This document shows positions 24,874 to 32,000 of a DNA stretch of 32,000 bases, piece after piece. The translations under genes were made by a program, and so were the position numbers. Every line of letters starts with the position of its first letter. Position 1 is the first letter of the stretch. Source of the stretch: Coprobacillaceae bacterium (GTDB taxonomy: Bacteria > Bacillota_I > Bacilli_A > Erysipelotrichales > Coprobacillaceae); assembly GCA_963675515.1 (NCBI GenBank), contig OY776328.1, forward strand, positions 2,220,001 through 2,252,000, written 5' to 3'. Below the pieces are notes generated by a model that searched no databases, was not told the DNA's origin, and saw only the letters and a list, made by a program, of their open reading frames with translations.

Positions 24874-25374
24874 CTACTGTTTAAAATAATCTTTCAACTT
24901 CGCCAAACGGGGATCGATATAATCCTCCTGATCTGCTTCATCCTTTTCCAAGATTTTCCAACCTTTTCCCTCAGATTTAATCTCAGCATCATCCTTGACG
25001 ACTCGCATTGGCACTTCAATCATAATATTCTCTAGAACTACAGGAGCTAAATCAACTATGTTTTTCTTTACCTCGCGTTCATCACTTAGCGGATCAGGCT
25101 TTACAAAGGAAAATACTTCGGTGGAACTGATATTGAAAGGGTATTGAACTTCCTCAAGTGTTAGTGCACATGGCAAAAGCATTATCCCTTTAATATTGAG
25201 GCTGACTATCAGTTTTTCCTGATTGCCAGTTAAGGTTCCGGTACCTGAGACATTAATGTCTTTAAGGCCATTAATTTGAGAATACGATTTAAATAGCTCT
25301 TGGGGATATTGGATATCCTCATTAAATTCAAAGTTTCCTTTTTGTTTAACAATCCATTGTAAGTTGTATTTCAA
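24874..25374 (-). CDS. yceD: YceD/DUF177 family protein (large ribosomal RNA/subunit accumulation protein)
   Basis: An acidic protein of about 166 aa immediately upstream of rpmF, a conserved pairing. The start is probably TTG 25374 (MKYNLQW), 5 nt after SD GGAAAGGTGA. The track GTG at 25383 lies inside that SD. Confidence 0.8.
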   Translation of the reverse strand: MKYNLQWIVKQKGNFEFNEDIQYPQELFKSYSQINGLKDINVSGTGTLTGNQEKLIVSLNIKGIMLLPCALTLEEVQYPFNISSTEVFSFVKPDPLSDEREVKKNIVDLAPVVLENIMIEVPMRVVKDDAEIKSEGKGWKILEKDEADQEDYIDPRLAKLKDYFKQ

Positions 25375-25404
25375 AATAATCACCTTTCCATAACCGCAAT
25401 TGAT

Positions 25405-25433
25405 ATTTTATCCAAAAGTGTACTATAAGTCAA
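25405..25433 (-). promoter_or_regulatory. Candidate sigmaA promoter of yceD-rpmF
   Basis: Minus strand reads TTGACT-17 nt-TAAAAT. Confidence 0.6.
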
Positions 25434-25449
25434 GTGTAATTTCATATTT

Positions 25450-26454
25450 TTAGTCCTCGATTTTAAGTTCTCTTGTCATCAAATTGTTTATTTCAACTTT
25501 AGGCTCTTTGCCTTCGTATAAAACCCGGTAAATGGCATCGATTATCGGCAATTCGATATCATCGTACTGTTTGGCATCCTCGTGGATCACCTTGCAGGTC
25601 CGGATCCCTTCACAAGTCTTGGTATTGTTTTTCATGAAGTTCTTGGCATCATTGGTACGGCCGATTTCCAGCCCCGCCTGGAAGTTGCGGGAATGAACCG
25701 AAGAACATGTCACAATCAGGTCGCCAACCCCGGTAAGACCGAGGTAGGTCTCCAGCCGGCCACCCTTTTTCATGCCATAGCGGACCATTTCCGCCAGGCC
25801 CCGGGTGATCAGCGCCGCCTTGGTGTTGTCGCCATAACCAAGACCGACCAGGACCCCGGCCGCCACTGCGATGACGTTCTTAAAGGCGACTCCGTATTCG
25901 CTGCCGACTTCATCGTCATTGCGGTAAACCCGGAAGTATTCGTTGGCAAAAAGATGCTGGACATCCTTCGCGGTCTCAAGATCAAGTGAAACCGCGGTTA
26001 CAGCTGTGAGCATCCGCAGGATGACTTCCTCCGCGTGGGAAGGACCAATCAAAGAAACAACCGGATTGATCATATCTTCGGGCAGGACCGCCCGGATTGT
26101 CGATGACATCCGCTTGTTCGATCCCAGATCGAATCCCTTGGCCGCGTTGACCACGGTCACTTTCTTTTGGAGCAGCGGTTTTACCTGCTCAAGTAGAGAC
26201 CGGACCGCCTGCGTTGGCACGGTTACCAGGATATAATCGGCACCGTCCATCGTCTTTTCCAGATCCCTGGTGGCCTTGATTTTAGGTGAGAAGCTGACAC
26301 CTGGAAAAAACTTGTTGTTCTGGCGGTTGTTGTTGATGTCTAAAATCTCATCATCGTTGATCCCGTACAACAGGACCTCATGTGAATTGTCAACCAACAC
26401 CTGAGCCAAGGCCGTGGCCCAGGAACCGGTTCCTAAAATCGCAATCTTACTCAT
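25450..26454 (-). CDS. gpsA: NAD(P)H-dependent glycerol-3-phosphate dehydrogenase
   Basis: 334 aa starting MSKIAILGTGSWATALA, with NAAKGF, GPSHAEEV and GDLIVTC motifs. It is downstream of der. Confidence 0.95.
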   Translation of the reverse strand: MSKIAILGTGSWATALAQVLVDNSHEVLLYGINDDEILDINNNRQNNKFFPGVSFSPKIKATRDLEKTMDGADYILVTVPTQAVRSLLEQVKPLLQKKVTVVNAAKGFDLGSNKRMSSTIRAVLPEDMINPVVSLIGPSHAEEVILRMLTAVTAVSLDLETAKDVQHLFANEYFRVYRNDDEVGSEYGVAFKNVIAVAAGVLVGLGYGDNTKAALITRGLAEMVRYGMKKGGRLETYLGLTGVGDLIVTCSSVHSRNFQAGLEIGRTNDAKNFMKNNTKTCEGIRTCKVIHEDAKQYDDIELPIIDAIYRVLYEGKEPKVEINNLMTRELKIED

Positions 26455-26455
26455 A

Positions 26456-27763
26456 TTAGTCCCGCTTTCTACAAATTATATGGATCGGGGTTCCTTCAAA
26501 ACCGAAAGCCTCGCGCAAACGGTTTTCAAGATATCGCTTGTATGAAAAGTGCATGTAGTTTGGATCATTGACAAACAGGATGAACGTTGGCGGTGCCACG
26601 GCAACCTGGTTGGCATAGTAGATCTTGAGCCGGCCATTGTTGAAAGTGGTCGTCGGATTCATCAGCTGGGCGTCGATGAGAACGTCATTGAGAACCGATG
26701 TCTGAACGCGCTTGTTGCTTGCTTCATATACGGTGTTGATCAATGGGAAAATCTGGTCGACCTTCTGGCCAGTCTTGGCCGAAACGAAGACAATTGGTGC
26801 GTAATCGAGATACTTGAACTGGCTGCGCAGCTCTTTTTCGGTTTTCGCCATGGTCTTGTCATCTTTTTCAACCGCGTCCCATTTGTTGTAGACGATGATC
26901 ATCCCTTTTCCAGCCTCATGGCCATATCCAGCCACGTGCTTGTCCTGTTCGCGGACCCCGGCTTCCCCGTCGATCACAAACAGCACGACGTCGCTTTTTT
27001 CAATGGCGGACATCGCTCTTAGTATCGAATACTTCTCGACACTCTCGTAGATCTTGCCTTTTTTTCGCATCCCGGCCGTATCGATTACCCGATACTTCTG
27101 CCCGTCCTTTTCAAATGCGGTGTCGATGGCATCCCGGGTCGTTCCTTCGATATCCGAAACAATTACCCGCTGTTGTCCCAGCAAGGCATTGGTCAAAGAT
27201 GATTTGCCCACATTCGGGCGGCCGATGATCGAGAATTTGATCTCATCCTCGACAGCTTCCTCCTCCTCGACGAATTCGAGCTGGCGGACAACCTCGTCAA
27301 GCAAGTCTCCGATTCCGATCCCGTGGGAACCGGATACCGCGATGGGATCCCCGATCCCCAGATTGTAAAACTCATAAATCTCATTCTTGAAATCGCCGTC
27401 ATCAATCTTGTTGACAGCCAAAACCACCGGCTTCTTGCTGCGTTGCAACAGCCGGGCCACATATTCGTCTTCGCGTGTCAAACCCTCGCGGCCGTTGACC
27501 ACAAAAACGATTACGTCGGCTTCCTCGATTGCGATTTGCGCCTGCATCGTGATCTGGTCGGTGAACGAAGCGTTTTCCAGCTCGATTCCACCGGTGTCGA
27601 TCAGCCGGAATTCCTTGGTAAGCCAGGTCGCCTTGGCGTAAATGCGGTCACGGGTAACACCGGCAACGTCTTCAACAATTGAAATCCGCTGTCCGACGAT
27701 CCGGTTGAATATTGTCGATTTGCCCACATTGGCACGACCGACGATAGCTACTACTCCTGCCAT
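26456..27763 (-). CDS. der: Ribosome-associated GTPase Der/EngA (two tandem G domains plus a KH-like domain)
   Basis: 435 aa with two P-loops ([18 protein letters not shown]), two DTGG/DTAG motifs and two NKxD motifs. Confidence 0.95.
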   Translation of the reverse strand: MAGVVAIVGRANVGKSTIFNRIVGQRISIVEDVAGVTRDRIYAKATWLTKEFRLIDTGGIELENASFTDQITMQAQIAIEEADVIVFVVNGREGLTREDEYVARLLQRSKKPVVLAVNKIDDGDFKNEIYEFYNLGIGDPIAVSGSHGIGIGDLLDEVVRQLEFVEEEEAVEDEIKFSIIGRPNVGKSSLTNALLGQQRVIVSDIEGTTRDAIDTAFEKDGQKYRVIDTAGMRKKGKIYESVEKYSILRAMSAIEKSDVVLFVIDGEAGVREQDKHVAGYGHEAGKGMIIVYNKWDAVEKDDKTMAKTEKELRSQFKYLDYAPIVFVSAKTGQKVDQIFPLINTVYEASNKRVQTSVLNDVLIDAQLMNPTTTFNNGRLKIYYANQVAVAPPTFILFVNDPNYMHFSYKRYLENRLREAFGFEGTPIHIICRKRD

Positions 27764-28428
27764 TAATTTGCCTCCTTTTCTTTAACTAGTTTTAAAATCA
27801 TTTCAACTACTTCCCCGATTTCTTTATCGGAAGTATCTATTTCGATTGCATCATCGGCCTTTTTCAAAGGTGAAATCTTCCGATGGGTGTCCTGGTAGTC
27901 ACGGTACTCGATTTCTTCGAGAATCTTGTCAAAATCCGCCTCCAGCCCTCTTTCAATATTATCATGGTAGCGGCGCATCGCCCGTGTCTTGCTTGATGCC
28001 ACCTGGAATATCTTCAACTTTGCATCTTTCAAGACAACAGTGCCGATATCCCGGCCATCCATCACGACCCCGCCGTTGGCTGCAATCTGCTGTTGTTTGG
28101 ACACCAGGAAATCACGAACCGCCTGATATTGGGACACAATCGATGCCCCGATCGAGATATTGTCCTGGCGGATTTGTTTTGAGACGTCGATGCCGTTCAA
28201 ATATATCGCGCCTGATTCATCGAAATTGATGTCAACATTAATTAAAGCAGCACTGACGGCTGCTTCATCTTCAATATCAATATCGTTAGATAAACAATGC
28301 AGGCAGACCGAACGGTACATTGCCCCTGTATCAATATAAATATAATTGAGCTTTTTTGCAACAATTTTTGCAACAGTAGATTTTCCCGAAGCGCTTGGTC
28401 CATCTATCGCAATAGAAATTTTCTTCAT
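27763..28428 (-). CDS. cmk: Cytidylate kinase
   Basis: 221 aa with [23 protein letters not shown] and VMDGRDIGT motifs. Its stop overlaps the der ATG by 1 nt. Confidence 0.95.
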   Translation of the reverse strand: MKKISIAIDGPSASGKSTVAKIVAKKLNYIYIDTGAMYRSVCLHCLSNDIDIEDEAAVSAALINVDINFDESGAIYLNGIDVSKQIRQDNISIGASIVSQYQAVRDFLVSKQQQIAANGGVVMDGRDIGTVVLKDAKLKIFQVASSKTRAMRRYHDNIERGLEADFDKILEEIEYRDYQDTHRKISPLKKADDAIEIDTSDKEIGEVVEMILKLVKEKEAN

Positions 28429-28438
28429 TCATTACTCC

Positions 28439-29233
28439 TTACAGTATCTGCGTCGCAATGTATCCACAAAGCACCACAAATATCAATATTAGAATAACAA
28501 TAATCGCATTCAATATCAATGCTCCTTTGGAATTTTCTCCAATTTCATCATGAATTTCCGGCTCGTCAAGCTCATTTTTGGACACAATTATCGTTTTTTC
28601 AGGGCTGACCCCCTCGAAAGGTGATGTGTCTTCCATCTTGAAGGCCGGCTTTTCCCCTTTGACTTCGACCTCCCCGGGCTCTTTGGCTTTTACTTTTGGG
28701 GCGCTCTGAGTTTTGGGGTCCTTTGGCGACATCTCTTCGAGACGTTCAAGGAGCGACTTCGGTCTTTTTGTCTGACTTCCCTGGTCAGACGGCCGGTCAT
28801 CAGCCGCACCGCTTTTTGCTTCATCCTGATTTTCATCCTCTGCCCCATTGATGAACATCCCCTGTTTGAAATCCTGGGTAAGGTATTTGTCATCCCGATC
28901 GATGGCGACAGCTTCAACTTGCGGATTCTTGATCTTGTTCAAGATGCTCAGTCGGGTATCATCATGCCCCCCTAGCGACTGTTTGGCTGACTTTATGGCC
29001 CGGTCGATTTCGGGATTCGGCTCGCTTTTGATTTCCTCGAAAGTCTTGGCAACTTCAAGCGTGTCCTCGAAATGTTCAACCCTGGAAACTGCATGCCCGG
29101 GCTGTTTTAAAAAGTCCAGGAAATCATCATCTTCACCCTGCTCCTGAAAAGCAAGAGCACTGACTTGTTTGTTCTTGGCATTGAGATCTTTTATCCCCTC
29201 ACGCACACTACGATATTTTTCGTATCTTGACAT
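28439..29233 (-). CDS. Hypothetical acidic, low-complexity protein with a single C-terminal transmembrane anchor
   Basis: The start is set at ATG 29233 (MSRYEKYR) with SD GGGGTG at 7 nt. The track start at 29269 lies in the -10 box. About 235 residues are charged, rich in D/E/K/P and probably disordered, followed by ALILNAIIVILILIFVVLCGYIA at the extreme C-terminus. Confidence 0.6.
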   Translation of the reverse strand: MSRYEKYRSVREGIKDLNAKNKQVSALAFQEQGEDDDFLDFLKQPGHAVSRVEHFEDTLEVAKTFEEIKSEPNPEIDRAIKSAKQSLGGHDDTRLSILNKIKNPQVEAVAIDRDDKYLTQDFKQGMFINGAEDENQDEAKSGAADDRPSDQGSQTKRPKSLLERLEEMSPKDPKTQSAPKVKAKEPGEVEVKGEKPAFKMEDTSPFEGVSPEKTIIVSKNELDEPEIHDEIGENSKGALILNAIIVILILIFVVLCGYIATQIL

Positions 29234-29268
29234 ATTTTCACACCCCATATTTGTATTCTTACGTGTCA

Positions 29269-29297
29269 ATTATACCACAATAAAAACGAAACAAACA
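29269..29297 (-). promoter_or_regulatory. Candidate promoter of the hypothetical-cmk-der-gpsA unit
   Basis: Minus strand has an extended -10 TGgTATAAT (29269-29277) and a weak -35 TGTTTG at 17 nt. Confidence 0.4.
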
Positions 29298-29299
29298 TC

Positions 29300-29328
29300 T
29301 TTTATTTTGGCTAGTACTATGATATAAT
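29300..29328 (+). promoter_or_regulatory. Candidate promoter of the ferredoxin gene, divergent from the previous one
   Basis: Plus strand reads TTTTAT-17 nt-TATAAT with an upstream TGa extended -10. SD AAAGGAGGA follows. Confidence 0.45.
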
Positions 29329-29357
29329 TTTCTTGTAAAAAAAAGGAGGACTTAATA

Positions 29358-29543
29358 ATGGCAAAAGCTACTGTATTGGAAACTTGTATTGGATGTGGAG
29401 CTTGCGTAGGAATCGCACCTGAAGTATTCGAATTGAACGCTGACGGTTTAGCTGTAGCAACCGAAGGTGATTTAGGAGCTAACGAAGCAGCTGCTAAAGA
29501 AGCTGCCGCTGCTTGTCCAGTTGAAGCTATCGTTGTTGAATAG
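29358..29543 (+). CDS. fer: Small single-cluster [4Fe-4S]/[3Fe-4S]-type ferredoxin
   Basis: 61 aa with CIGCGAC near the N-terminus and a distal CP (AAACPVEAI). The protein is acidic. Strong SD is present. Confidence 0.85.
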   Translation: MAKATVLETCIGCGACVGIAPEVFELNADGLAVATEGDLGANEAAAKEAAAACPVEAIVVE

Positions 29544-29548
29544 TCACT

Positions 29549-29572
29549 GAAAACGGCATTGTCCGTTTTTTT
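29549..29572 (+). terminator. Rho-independent terminator of the ferredoxin gene
   Basis: gaaaacgg-cattgt-ccgtttt followed by a T-run. Confidence 0.6.
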
Positions 29573-29588
29573 GTTTTCATGAAAGGTC

Positions 29589-29619
29589 AAAAAACCAATG
29601 GCTTAATTTCTGCCATTGG
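29589..29619 (-). terminator. Rho-independent (bidirectional) terminator of htrA
   Basis: CCAATGGC-9-nt loop-GCCATTGG, flanked by an A-run and a T-run, 8 nt after the htrA stop. Confidence 0.7.
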
Positions 29620-29627
29620 TTTTTTTA

Positions 29628-30749
29628 CTATTTCAAGGTAACTGTCAATGTCATTGTCTTGCCGTTGCGGTTGATGACGATATCCACCTTGTCACCTGGC
29701 TCTTTGGCATACAGGGCAGTCAGGAATGACTTGTACGTGGTCACTTCCTTGCCATCGAAACTGGTGATGACATCACCTTCCTGCAAATCCGCGTCGCTCG
29801 CTGCGGAGTCGTCATAGACTTTGGCAATGTAGATCCCCGAATCAAGTTCCGACGAAATGCCATAGAACGCCCGCTGGTATGAAGAATAGTTTTCCAGGGA
29901 TACCGATGATATTCCCAACACCGGTCTTGAAACTTCGCCATTTGCGATGATCTGGTCGGCATATGTGGTCGCGTCTTCTACCGGAATAGCAAATCCCATT
30001 CCTTCGACATCGGTCGCTGCCAGTTTCGATGAAGTTATGCCTACGAGTTCGCCTGCCATGTTGACCAGGGCACCCCCGCTGTTGCCGGGATTGATGGCCG
30101 CATCGGTCTGGATTACATTCATGTCCCAGTCTTCCACTCCATCATCGTTCAAGTCAAGGGTAATTGTCCTATCTTTGCCGGAGATTACCCCTTGGGTCAC
30201 CGTCCCGGAATACTCAAGTCCAAGAGGCGAACCGATCGCGATAACCGTTTCCCCCGAATCAAGTAGTGATGTCGATCCCAGCTTCATTGTTTGAGGGTCG
30301 CTCACGCCTTCGACAGCAAGAACCGCGATGTCGGAATAAGTATCTCCACCGACAAGCGTCGCTTCATAGGTATTCCCATCCGCGAAAACAACTTCGAAGC
30401 TTGTCCCATCAGAGATCACGTGGTTGTTTGTGATGATGTAGGTGGTATCGCCGTCGACCTGATAGACAACGCCAGATCCGGTTGAATACAGCTGGTTTCG
30501 CACATAGTTGGCCACCCCAACAACGGAATTTTCAACCGAGTCGACGACTTCGGTAGTCGTGGTCGTCACATCATATTGAACATTAGCCACCGCAGTGGCA
30601 GTCGAATCGTCCGTGGTCGTCAGTGAATCGTTGAACGCCTGCAGGCTTTTTATTTCCCTGTAGAAATAAAGGTTGCTGGCAACAAGTCCAATCACAAGCA
30701 GCATCACGACAAAAGTGACGAACTTATTGTATTTTGATTGTTGTTCCAT
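29628..30749 (-). CDS. htrA: HtrA/DegP-family serine protease with an N-terminal TM anchor and a C-terminal PDZ domain
   Basis: 373 aa. Catalytic triad contexts are TNNHVI, SDIAVL and GNSGGALV. A PDZ-like C-terminus (GDVITSFDGKEV) is present. SD AAAGGAG. Confidence 0.9.
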   Translation of the reverse strand: MEQQSKYNKFVTFVVMLLVIGLVASNLYFYREIKSLQAFNDSLTTTDDSTATAVANVQYDVTTTTTEVVDSVENSVVGVANYVRNQLYSTGSGVVYQVDGDTTYIITNNHVISDGTSFEVVFADGNTYEATLVGGDTYSDIAVLAVEGVSDPQTMKLGSTSLLDSGETVIAIGSPLGLEYSGTVTQGVISGKDRTITLDLNDDGVEDWDMNVIQTDAAINPGNSGGALVNMAGELVGITSSKLAATDVEGMGFAIPVEDATTYADQIIANGEVSRPVLGISSVSLENYSSYQRAFYGISSELDSGIYIAKVYDDSAASDADLQEGDVITSFDGKEVTTYKSFLTALYAKEPGDKVDIVINRNGKTMTLTVTLK

Positions 30750-30828
30750 ATTATCACTCCTTTAATTTATGGCTAAATTATAGCGCAACAGTGCCGATAA
30801 ATTCCAATTATTTGATGTGAAAATATGG

Positions 30829-31785
30829 TTATTTTTCATAGCTGTCATATTTCTCAATCACTCTTTGAACAACCGGGTGGCGCACGACATCCATCGGTGA
30901 AAGATAAACGAATTTGATTCCCTTGACGTCGCTTAACAATTTTGCGGCCTCTTTCAAGCCGGAATCGACTTTCCAGGGCAAATCGATCTGCGAGATGTCT
31001 CCGGTGACGATCATCTTCGAATTGAATCCAAGACGGGTCAGGAACATTTTCATCTGGGCCTTGGTTGTGTTCTGGGCTTCGTCAAGGATGACATAGGCAT
31101 CCTCGAGCGTGCGGCCCCGCATGTATGCCAGCGGCGCAATCTCGATGACACCTTTTTCAATCAGTTTCTCGGTCTGTTCGAATCCCAGCATATCATACAA
31201 AGCGTCATAGAGAGGCCTGAGATATGGGTCGACCTTTTCCTTGAGATCGCCTGGCAAAAAACCAAGCGATTCCCCGGCTTCCACCGCCGGTCGGGTCAGG
31301 ATTATTTTCTGGACTTCATTGTTCTTGAGCGCATTCACGGCAAAAACAACCCCCAGATACGTCTTTCCGGTCCCCGCCGGTCCGATGCCAAACACGATAT
31401 CGTTTTTTTGCAAAGCATGGTAGTATTCCTTTTGGCCAAATGTCTTAGGATAGATAAGTTTGCCGGTCAGGGTCCGGGCTATCTTTATCTTATACAACTC
31501 CTCGATTGATTCCAGGTCGTTTTTGTTTTCCAGGCGCAAGGCGTAGATCACATCACGGCGATGGACCTGAATGCCTTTTTTGATCAGGTTGATCAGGGCT
31601 TCAATCACATCCTTGGCTTCTTTGATGTTTTGAGGATCGGTTCCGGTAATTGTGACGATGTCGCCACGCATGGAAATCTCCACTTCAAGCTGTTCTTCAA
31701 TAATCTCAAAATGCTTGTCATTCGAACCACTCAACAGACTTAACTTATCGATGCTAAAATCATTAATTTGTATTGTCTCTTTCAT
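30829..31785 (-). CDS. phoH: PhoH-family ATPase
   Basis: 318 aa with Walker A GPAGTGKTYL, Walker B-like ILDEAQN and the GDISQIDLP signature. Confidence 0.92.
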   Translation of the reverse strand: MKETIQINDFSIDKLSLLSGSNDKHFEIIEEQLEVEISMRGDIVTITGTDPQNIKEAKDVIEALINLIKKGIQVHRRDVIYALRLENKNDLESIEELYKIKIARTLTGKLIYPKTFGQKEYYHALQKNDIVFGIGPAGTGKTYLGVVFAVNALKNNEVQKIILTRPAVEAGESLGFLPGDLKEKVDPYLRPLYDALYDMLGFEQTEKLIEKGVIEIAPLAYMRGRTLEDAYVILDEAQNTTKAQMKMFLTRLGFNSKMIVTGDISQIDLPWKVDSGLKEAAKLLSDVKGIKFVYLSPMDVVRHPVVQRVIEKYDSYEK

Positions 31786-31806
31786 ATAGTCTCCTCATCT
31801 AATTCA

Positions 31807-31835
31807 ATTCTAACAAACACGAACCATTTTTACAA
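31807..31835 (-). promoter_or_regulatory. Candidate sigmaA promoter of phoH
   Basis: Minus strand reads TTGTAA-17 nt-TAGAAT, about 20 nt upstream of the SD GAGGAG. Confidence 0.5.
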
Positions 31836-31904
31836 TATTCGAGCGAAAAAAAGGCCATCGATGAAACAAATCACACCCAACAGACAACCTGACAAAAAAA
31901 GAGG

Positions 31905-31930
31905 AAAAAAAAAGACTCAAAGCTGAGTCT
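31905..31930 (-). terminator. Rho-independent terminator of rpsU
   Basis: AGACTCA-gctt-TGAGTCT on the minus strand overlaps the stop codon and is followed by a 9-nt T-run. Confidence 0.7.
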
Positions 31931-32000
31931 ATCTTTTTTTCTTACTGTTTTTACGAGCTGCTTCTGACTTTAATTTTCTTTTTAAACCTGGTTTTACATA
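31929..32000 (-). CDS. rpsU: 30S ribosomal protein S21, C-terminal 23 codons only (gene continues beyond the window)
   Basis: Hand translation of the minus strand from 32000 gives YVKPGLKRKLKSEAARKNSKKKR-stop. This matches the conserved S21 C-terminus pattern YEKPSxKRKxKSEAARKR. Confidence 0.75.
   Translation of the reverse strand, partial: YVKPGLKRKLKSEAARKNSKKKR

Noticed and set aside
29270-29590. 106-aa minus-strand ORF antisense to the ferredoxin gene.
   Set aside because: It is an Ala/Ser-rich mirror of the Ala-rich ferredoxin frame. It would start inside the ferredoxin terminator region and has no SD.
1-32000. Search for mobile elements, CRISPR arrays, tRNA or rRNA genes, toxin-antitoxin pairs, restriction-modification or other defence modules, and alternative genetic code.
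   Set aside because: Apart from the single tandem duplication, there are no direct-repeat/spacer arrays and no terminal inverted repeats. None of the ORFs looks like a transposase, integrase, recombinase, nuclease or methylase. Every ORF above about 100 aa on the coding strand is accounted for by a housekeeping family or the two hypotheticals listed. TGA clearly terminates genes, so code 4 is excluded.

Overview
This 32-kb window is a core housekeeping segment of a low-GC Gram-positive (Bacillota-like) chromosome. It uses the standard code: TGA serves as a stop (mutM, oxidoreductase) and Trp is TGG. I count about 27 protein genes, and all but two (a 5'-truncated ldh-family gene and a small ferredoxin) lie on the minus strand in tightly packed, often overlapping operons.

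Gene blocks, in coordinate order:
- ldh-family gene (partial), an orphan 71-aa ORF and a 425-bp AT-rich spacer
- typA, then pfkA-pyk
- a long replication/repair operon: dnaE-polA-mutM-oxidoreductase-coaE-dnaB(DnaD-like)-dnaI
- EamA transporter, RlmCD-like protein, CNNM/CorB transporter
- a short dcw cluster: mraZ-rsmH-ftsL-pbpB
- yceD-rpmF (rpmF is below the ORF-track cutoff and was found by hand)
- hypothetical-cmk-der-gpsA
- ferredoxin, htrA, phoH and the 3' end of rpsU

I found no tRNA or rRNA genes, CRISPR arrays, transposases, integrases, phage genes, or recognisable defence, toxin or biosynthetic modules. I do not see a novel multi-gene system and regard the window as ordinary core genome.

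The points most worth a second look:
1. A near-perfect 454/451-bp tandem duplication covers the terminator, promoter and first 97 codons of the CNNM gene, creating a truncated, independently promoted ORF.
2. Four housekeeping-family proteins have catalytic motifs that look eroded by eye. These are the RlmCD-like methyltransferase (SAM motif, nucleophile Cys and base Glu), DnaI (Walker A), the dcw PBP (no K-T/S-G box) and DnaE (PHP His ligands). This would fit a fast-evolving or reduced lineage.
3. Three 10-bp-phased MraZ-type boxes overlap the mraZ promoter and leader.

All motif comparisons were done by eye against remembered family consensus sequences and need HMM or alignment confirmation.
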